This document shows positions 59,654-64,000 of a stretch of DNA of 64,000 bases, piece after piece. How positions within the stretch are numbered: the stretch's first letter is position 1; the number at the start of each line of letters is the position of its first letter. Both the position numbers and the translations under genes were made by a program. Origin of the DNA: Meyerozyma guilliermondii (Eukaryota); the NCBI GenBank assembly GCA_051546255.1, contig CP128817.1, forward strand, positions 1,364,001 through 1,428,000, read 5' to 3'. Under the pieces are notes generated by a model. The model had not been told where the DNA came from, made no database searches, and saw only the letters and a program-made list of their open reading frames with translations.

Positions 59654-60742
59654 TTAATCATCACCTTTCCATAGAGCCACCGAGTTATCGGCGGTTGCAA
59701 TTGAGAGTAGTTTTGGGTTGAACGTGACTATTTTTGGCAACCCATGGTCTGTTTTCAAAACGTGAACTGGTTTGAGTTTGGTGGGAGAATTTTGTATGAA
59801 ATCATTACTTCCCTCAGATGATTTAATTGCAGCCAAATCAAACACCAACACACTCATCTTTGGCGAGCCTGCAAGTACGTATTTTCCACATGGACTGAAG
59901 CAGCTTCGACCTGAAGACGGATATTTGTAGGTCATCCAGTTTTCTGTATAGTGTTCAAGACTATAAGGACTCGAGGTCATTTGAAGTACACATAGTAGTT
60001 TTCCAGTAAATGCATCGACAACGTAGTCTTCTTGAGCATCTGTTGAGATAAGTATGAGCTTGCCGTTATTTGAGAATTCAAGCTTGGTCCAAGTAGCACC
60101 AGGAATCAGAGGAACCAGAGTGGATAAGAAAGGTCTCTTATCGAACGATTTTGTATCGTACAACGTCAATTGGCCCTCCAGAGCCAAGGATTTTGGATTG
60201 CTATACTTTCCAACGGCAAACACGATCCCGTAAGGATCATAAGCTACCAAAGATGGCTGTCCAACATCGACATTTCCAGCTGGAGTAGACGCTCTAGTAT
60301 CCCATAACTTGACAGTTTTATCTACACTGCTGCTCAAAAACAAGTCCTTGACGGGGTGGACCTCCAAGTTGAGCACCTGCTGTTTGTGTCCCTTGAAATA
60401 GCGAATATATTGCTTATCGGCAAGCGAAAGATGTCTTATGGAGTGATCTACATCGGACTCCAAATCCGGAGTTGATGCATAAAGACAGGCAAAATCAGCA
60501 TGGGTGAAGCATGCTATGTGTGCTCCATATTTCTGCGACTGAATCAGCTTGACATGGACGCCTTTATGAACATCATAAAGTTGAATCGAGCGGTCTACCC
60601 CAGCCGATATGAGAAACTGGCCAGAGTCGTTGAAATCCAACGAAGTTATGGATGCCTGCTGGTGGTAATTGAGCGATTTCTCGGGCCGTAGCTTCCCTAA
60701 GCTCTGGCTAGACACCGCAACGGTGGTCGATGCCTTGGACAT
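59654..60742 (-). CDS. SWD2: WD40 subunit of COMPASS/CPF
   Basis: SQKYG, IRHLSLADKQYIRYFKGH, SSSVDKTVKLWD and LEFSNNGKLIL. Confidence 0.92.
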   Translation of the reverse strand: MSKASTTVAVSSQSLGKLRPEKSLNYHQQASITSLDFNDSGQFLISAGVDRSIQLYDVHKGVHVKLIQSQKYGAHIACFTHADFACLYASTPDLESDVDHSIRHLSLADKQYIRYFKGHKQQVLNLEVHPVKDLFLSSSVDKTVKLWDTRASTPAGNVDVGQPSLVAYDPYGIVFAVGKYSNPKSLALEGQLTLYDTKSFDKRPFLSTLVPLIPGATWTKLEFSNNGKLILISTDAQEDYVVDAFTGKLLCVLQMTSSPYSLEHYTENWMTYKYPSSGRSCFSPCGKYVLAGSPKMSVLVFDLAAIKSSEGSNDFIQNSPTKLKPVHVLKTDHGLPKIVTFNPKLLSIATADNSVALWKGDD

Positions 60743-60893
60743 CAGTGAAGCTTGTTCGCGATTTTGGCAATTCGAACAGTAGGACCGCGCGACATAATCA
60801 CGACATTAGGGGCCTTTAGGGCAGTGCGGTCGCACCGGGATTATACTCAAGTATCGGGGTAGCTCCAATTATTCCAGATACAAAATATACATC

Positions 60894-63800
60894 ATGCCCG
60901 AACCGGAACCACCGTTTAAGGTGCGTGCCATCTTTGATTATCAATCTGATTATGACGATGACCTTCCATTTACGGTGGGTCTGATAATTACCGTCACTGA
61001 CATTGAAGACGACGAATGGTATTCGGGATGTTTTAACGGTAAAACTGGTATTTTTCCCAAAAACTTTGTTCAATTGATTGACGGTGAGCAGAAATCAGGA
61101 CCAATTGAGCTGGCTGTGCCGATTCCGAAGCCGAGTTTTGAACCCGAAGAACAAGGTGCTCAGGCCACTGGCTCCACCACTGGCTCGGCCGCTGTGTCCG
61201 ATAAGCAAGAAAACACCAAAACTGAAACCACTGAAGTTGCTGAAGGTGCTGAAGGTACTGAAAAGAAAGCACTGGGAAGTCCTGATGCTCCTTCTAGTCC
61301 GGCTCGTTTTCTCGCAGAACTGGCTCAGAAGTTGAAAAGTGCAGTTTCTGAACACACAAAAGAGTCCAAGGCGGATATTCCTCGTGTGCCAATGCCAGGA
61401 GGCCCTCCTCCCAAGGACCCTTACAACATCAAGAACCAGTTTGTAGCGACTGGAAAGTCGTCTTACGTTCCTCCAATCAAGCCTCGTGACGACTCAACTG
61501 TGAAACATGTGCGTAATGAACCTCCAAAGAACGTTGAAATTGTGCACTCCACCGATCCACAGCAAGAAGAGGAGTCCAGCGAGCCAAAGATGAGCTTGAA
61601 GGAGCGCATTGCTCTCTTGCAAAAGCAGCAGGCAGAACAAGCAGAGCGTGAAGCAGCGGCCCAAAGGAGACAGGAAGAACGCAAGAAAGCTGAGCAAAAG
61701 CGGTCTGAGGAGAGAAAGCTCGCGGCTGAGGCTCGTGCAAATGCACCTGTTGAAGATCTTGAGCATGAGCTGCCAAATTCTGAGGATGTTGGCGTGGCTC
61801 CCGGTGAGCATCATGAAGAAGAGGAGATCGAAAGTGCCGATGATTTAGTTGCAGAAAGTGAGCCCGCGGAACAGCAGGTGGGAGACGAAGATGAAGTGGA
61901 AGACGACGAAGAGCTCAAGAGGCAGAGGTTGGTTCAAAGAATGGCCAAGATATCTGGAGGTCGGAACATGTTTGGAATGATGGGCATGGCGCCTTCGTTT
62001 GGAAAGCCCAGTGAGCCGACACCAACGCGCAAAAAGTCCGTTGCTAGTGGGGACGGAGAACGTCAAGTTTCTGAGGAGACTACTTCCGCTAGACCAATTC
62101 CGGTTATGCCATTTGCTAATCCTGACCATTTACCGAAGGAGTTGCTTCAACGAGACGCTGACAGTATTTCGAACAAGAAAGCTCCTTCTATCGACTCGTC
62201 TTCTGGAATCCCCGATGAAGACCTCACAGAGACTGATACAAAGTTCCCGGAAGCAGGAGATGCACAACTTCATCCTGAAAATGTCGAGCCCATGACACCA
62301 GTGGAACCTTCACCTCCGACCATCCAAAGCGATGGACACGATGAGCCCCGAGACCATAGCCAGGACAGCGAGATGAAGTTGGCCAAGCCGCCTATAGAGC
62401 CTGAAGTCACCGGCTATGACGCCGACGAAGATGTATCTGACATGCAGCCTTCTGGCCATAACCAGTATCCAGACCATTCAGCTTCTCGTCCACCAATTCC
62501 TGAACCTGACTTCCATGAGAAAAGGGTGCATCCCGCACCTCCACCACCTGCTCATCCAGCACCACCTGCTCATCCAGCACCACCTGCTCAACCGGTACCT
62601 CCTGCTCCTTCTCGTTCTGTTCATCCTGAGCCACCTCTTCCGCCCCTGCCATCGGTTCCGCCTGTGCCTGCTTCTCGACCTGAACTTCCAACTCCTCCAG
62701 GACGCCTGATTCCTGCGGTTCCTCCGGTTCCTCCGGTTCCAACTGCTCCACCAGTTCATCCTGTTCAGCAATCTACGCCCAAAGAAGGACCACCCCCCAT
62801 CCCCACTCAACCACCAGCTCGTGCTGGTACTTCGGTACATGATGAGCTCGCTTCCTTGACATCGCAGAATGACAATTTTGACTTTTCCTTGCCAGCGAGA
62901 TCTCAAACGATGCCTGATGCGGCACCTCCTCCCGTTCCTCACGAGGTACCTAGAGCGGCTCCACCACCGGTCCCTGCCACACCCGGTCGTTCATCCACAG
63001 AAGTTGGTGATATTACCATGGCTGGAATTCCTGAAGGAGAATACTCGGAGCAGCGAATCCATCATGCATACACTGGGTCTTCTATTGGTTCCGACAGAAA
63101 ATCGATAGAGCAGAAGACAGCTGACAGACAGTCGGTAGACAGACAGTCGGTAGACAGGCAGTCAGGAGACTTTGGCAGACGGTCCAGTGAGCTTGGAAGG
63201 TCTCGTTCTACGAGAAGTACTGGCGAACAGAGCCAAGCTGCCGCTGCGTTGACTTCATTGGAGTACGAGATTGCCAATATCAATGAGAACACCAGCTGGT
63301 GGTTGAAGGAGGAGTTGCCTGATGTTCTCGCAGGGAAAATTGGCGTTGATTTAGCATACGAAGTGGACTCACATGTCATCAAAAAGAGAGGAGGTCGCAC
63401 CATCAACTACAGGGACTACTATGTTCTTTTCTACGATCTCTCGCAGTTGATTTTCGAGCTTGAATACGAAACGGAAGATCCAAGGTCAACGGTCAAATGT
63501 GTCAACTACTACACGAAAGCACCGCCGATTATTCGCAAGGATTTACTAGATAGGTACCATCGTGAATTGGGAACGAAGGTATTGACAATTGCGTCGTCTA
63601 TGGTTGGCTCCAAGTTGAGTGAACCACTCACGTCGGTGGTCTTCGGTACCATCAAGGCAAAGGATCCAAAAGCCTTGCAACCAATTGGGCACAAGTCATT
63701 TGGAGTAACCATTTACCGTAATACGAACAACAGTAATATTTCTCGAATCGATGACGTTAGACCAGGAGACGTTTTGTGTGTTCGTAACGGCAAGTTTTCC

Positions 63801-64000
63801 AGTAAGGGATTAGGTATTGGAAGCAACAAAATAACTCTCGGAGAAGAAGATACTTACTCAGCAATTGTTGCGGAATATGATGCCAAGAAATACAAGTTCA
63901 AAGTGCTCGAACTGGATTCAAGTGGGCATGTCAAAAAAGAGTCTTACAAAATGAGCGAGATGAAGAGTGGCCGGATACGTGTTTTTAGAGTGGTGAGCCG
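60894..64000 (+). CDS. BBC1: SH3/proline-rich actin-patch protein (partial, runs off window end)
   Basis: Absent from the track because there is no stop in the window. ATG 60894 gives SH3 PFKVRAIFDY..DDEWYSG..GIFPKNFV, then PKMSLKERIALLQ, RMAKISG, a Pro-rich middle and the in-frame Bbc1-type end MKSGRIRVFRVV. Confidence 0.92.
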   Translation, partial: MPEPEPPFKVRAIFDYQSDYDDDLPFTVGLIITVTDIEDDEWYSGCFNGKTGIFPKNFVQLIDGEQKSGPIELAVPIPKPSFEPEEQGAQATGSTTGSAAVSDKQENTKTETTEVAEGAEGTEKKALGSPDAPSSPARFLAELAQKLKSAVSEHTKESKADIPRVPMPGGPPPKDPYNIKNQFVATGKSSYVPPIKPRDDSTVKHVRNEPPKNVEIVHSTDPQQEEESSEPKMSLKERIALLQKQQAEQAEREAAAQRRQEERKKAEQKRSEERKLAAEARANAPVEDLEHELPNSEDVGVAPGEHHEEEEIESADDLVAESEPAEQQVGDEDEVEDDEELKRQRLVQRMAKISGGRNMFGMMGMAPSFGKPSEPTPTRKKSVASGDGERQVSEETTSARPIPVMPFANPDHLPKELLQRDADSISNKKAPSIDSSSGIPDEDLTETDTKFPEAGDAQLHPENVEPMTPVEPSPPTIQSDGHDEPRDHSQDSEMKLAKPPIEPEVTGYDADEDVSDMQPSGHNQYPDHSASRPPIPEPDFHEKRVHPAPPPPAHPAPPAHPAPPAQPVPPAPSRSVHPEPPLPPLPSVPPVPASRPELPTPPGRLIPAVPPVPPVPTAPPVHPVQQSTPKEGPPPIPTQPPARAGTSVHDELASLTSQNDNFDFSLPARSQTMPDAAPPPVPHEVPRAAPPPVPATPGRSSTEVGDITMAGIPEGEYSEQRIHHAYTGSSIGSDRKSIEQKTADRQSVDRQSVDRQSGDFGRRSSELGRSRSTRSTGEQSQAAAALTSLEYEIANINENTSWWLKEELPDVLAGKIGVDLAYEVDSHVIKKRGGRTINYRDYYVLFYDLSQLIFELEYETEDPRSTVKCVNYYTKAPPIIRKDLLDRYHRELGTKVLTIASSMVGSKLSEPLTSVVFGTIKAKDPKALQPIGHKSFGVTIYRNTNNSNISRIDDVRPGDVLCVRNGKFSSKGLGIGSNKITLGEEDTYSAIVAEYDAKKYKFKVLELDSSGHVKKESYKMSEMKSGRIRVFRVVS
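62544..62590 (+). repeat. Coding 18-bp tandem repeat (PPAHPA, about 2.6 copies) in BBC1
   Basis: ccacctgctcatccagca twice plus a partial copy. Confidence 0.8.
63123..63163 (+). repeat. Coding 15-bp tandem repeat (DRQSV, about 2.7 copies) in BBC1
   Basis: gacagacagtcggta twice plus a degenerate third copy. Confidence 0.75.

Noticed and set aside
61033..63712. Cluster of short ORFs at the window end
   Set aside because: All are off-frame or antisense shadows of the single BBC1 frame starting at 60894.

Overview
Gene-dense 64-kb stretch of a budding-yeast chromosome that uses the alternative yeast nuclear code (CTG=Ser; e.g. the Atp7 motif HYR[CTG]VLKN reads HYRSVLKN). This points to a CUG-Ser clade yeast, possibly Meyerozyma/Debaryomyces-like; the species cannot be fixed from sequence alone. 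It holds about 37 protein-coding genes, 7 with spliceosomal introns that the ORF track misses (CAR1, RPL43, an IME1-like gene, an ATG44-family gene, RCK2, GRX5, PSY3-like). No tRNA, rRNA, transposon or CRISPR was recognised. As recalled, gene order mirrors S. cerevisiae blocks around YJR084W-YJR103W, YPR040W-YPR046W and YKL014C-YKL018W. The top lead is a spliced orphan gene (17774-18647) head-to-head with RPL43, the position IME1 occupies in S. cerevisiae, whose C-terminus resembles the Ume6-binding tail of Ime1, a meiotic master regulator usually described as absent from this clade. Other leads: a Mcm16/CENP-H-like orphan, a 41-aa copper metallothionein with a palindromic Ace1-type element and a degenerate repeat array, a mitofissin with a C-terminal extension, a PIR protein of atypical layout, an RnpA-like motif in Pet130, and a tandem pair of symmetric full-length ABCG transporters. 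All homology calls are by eye and from memory; no database search was run.
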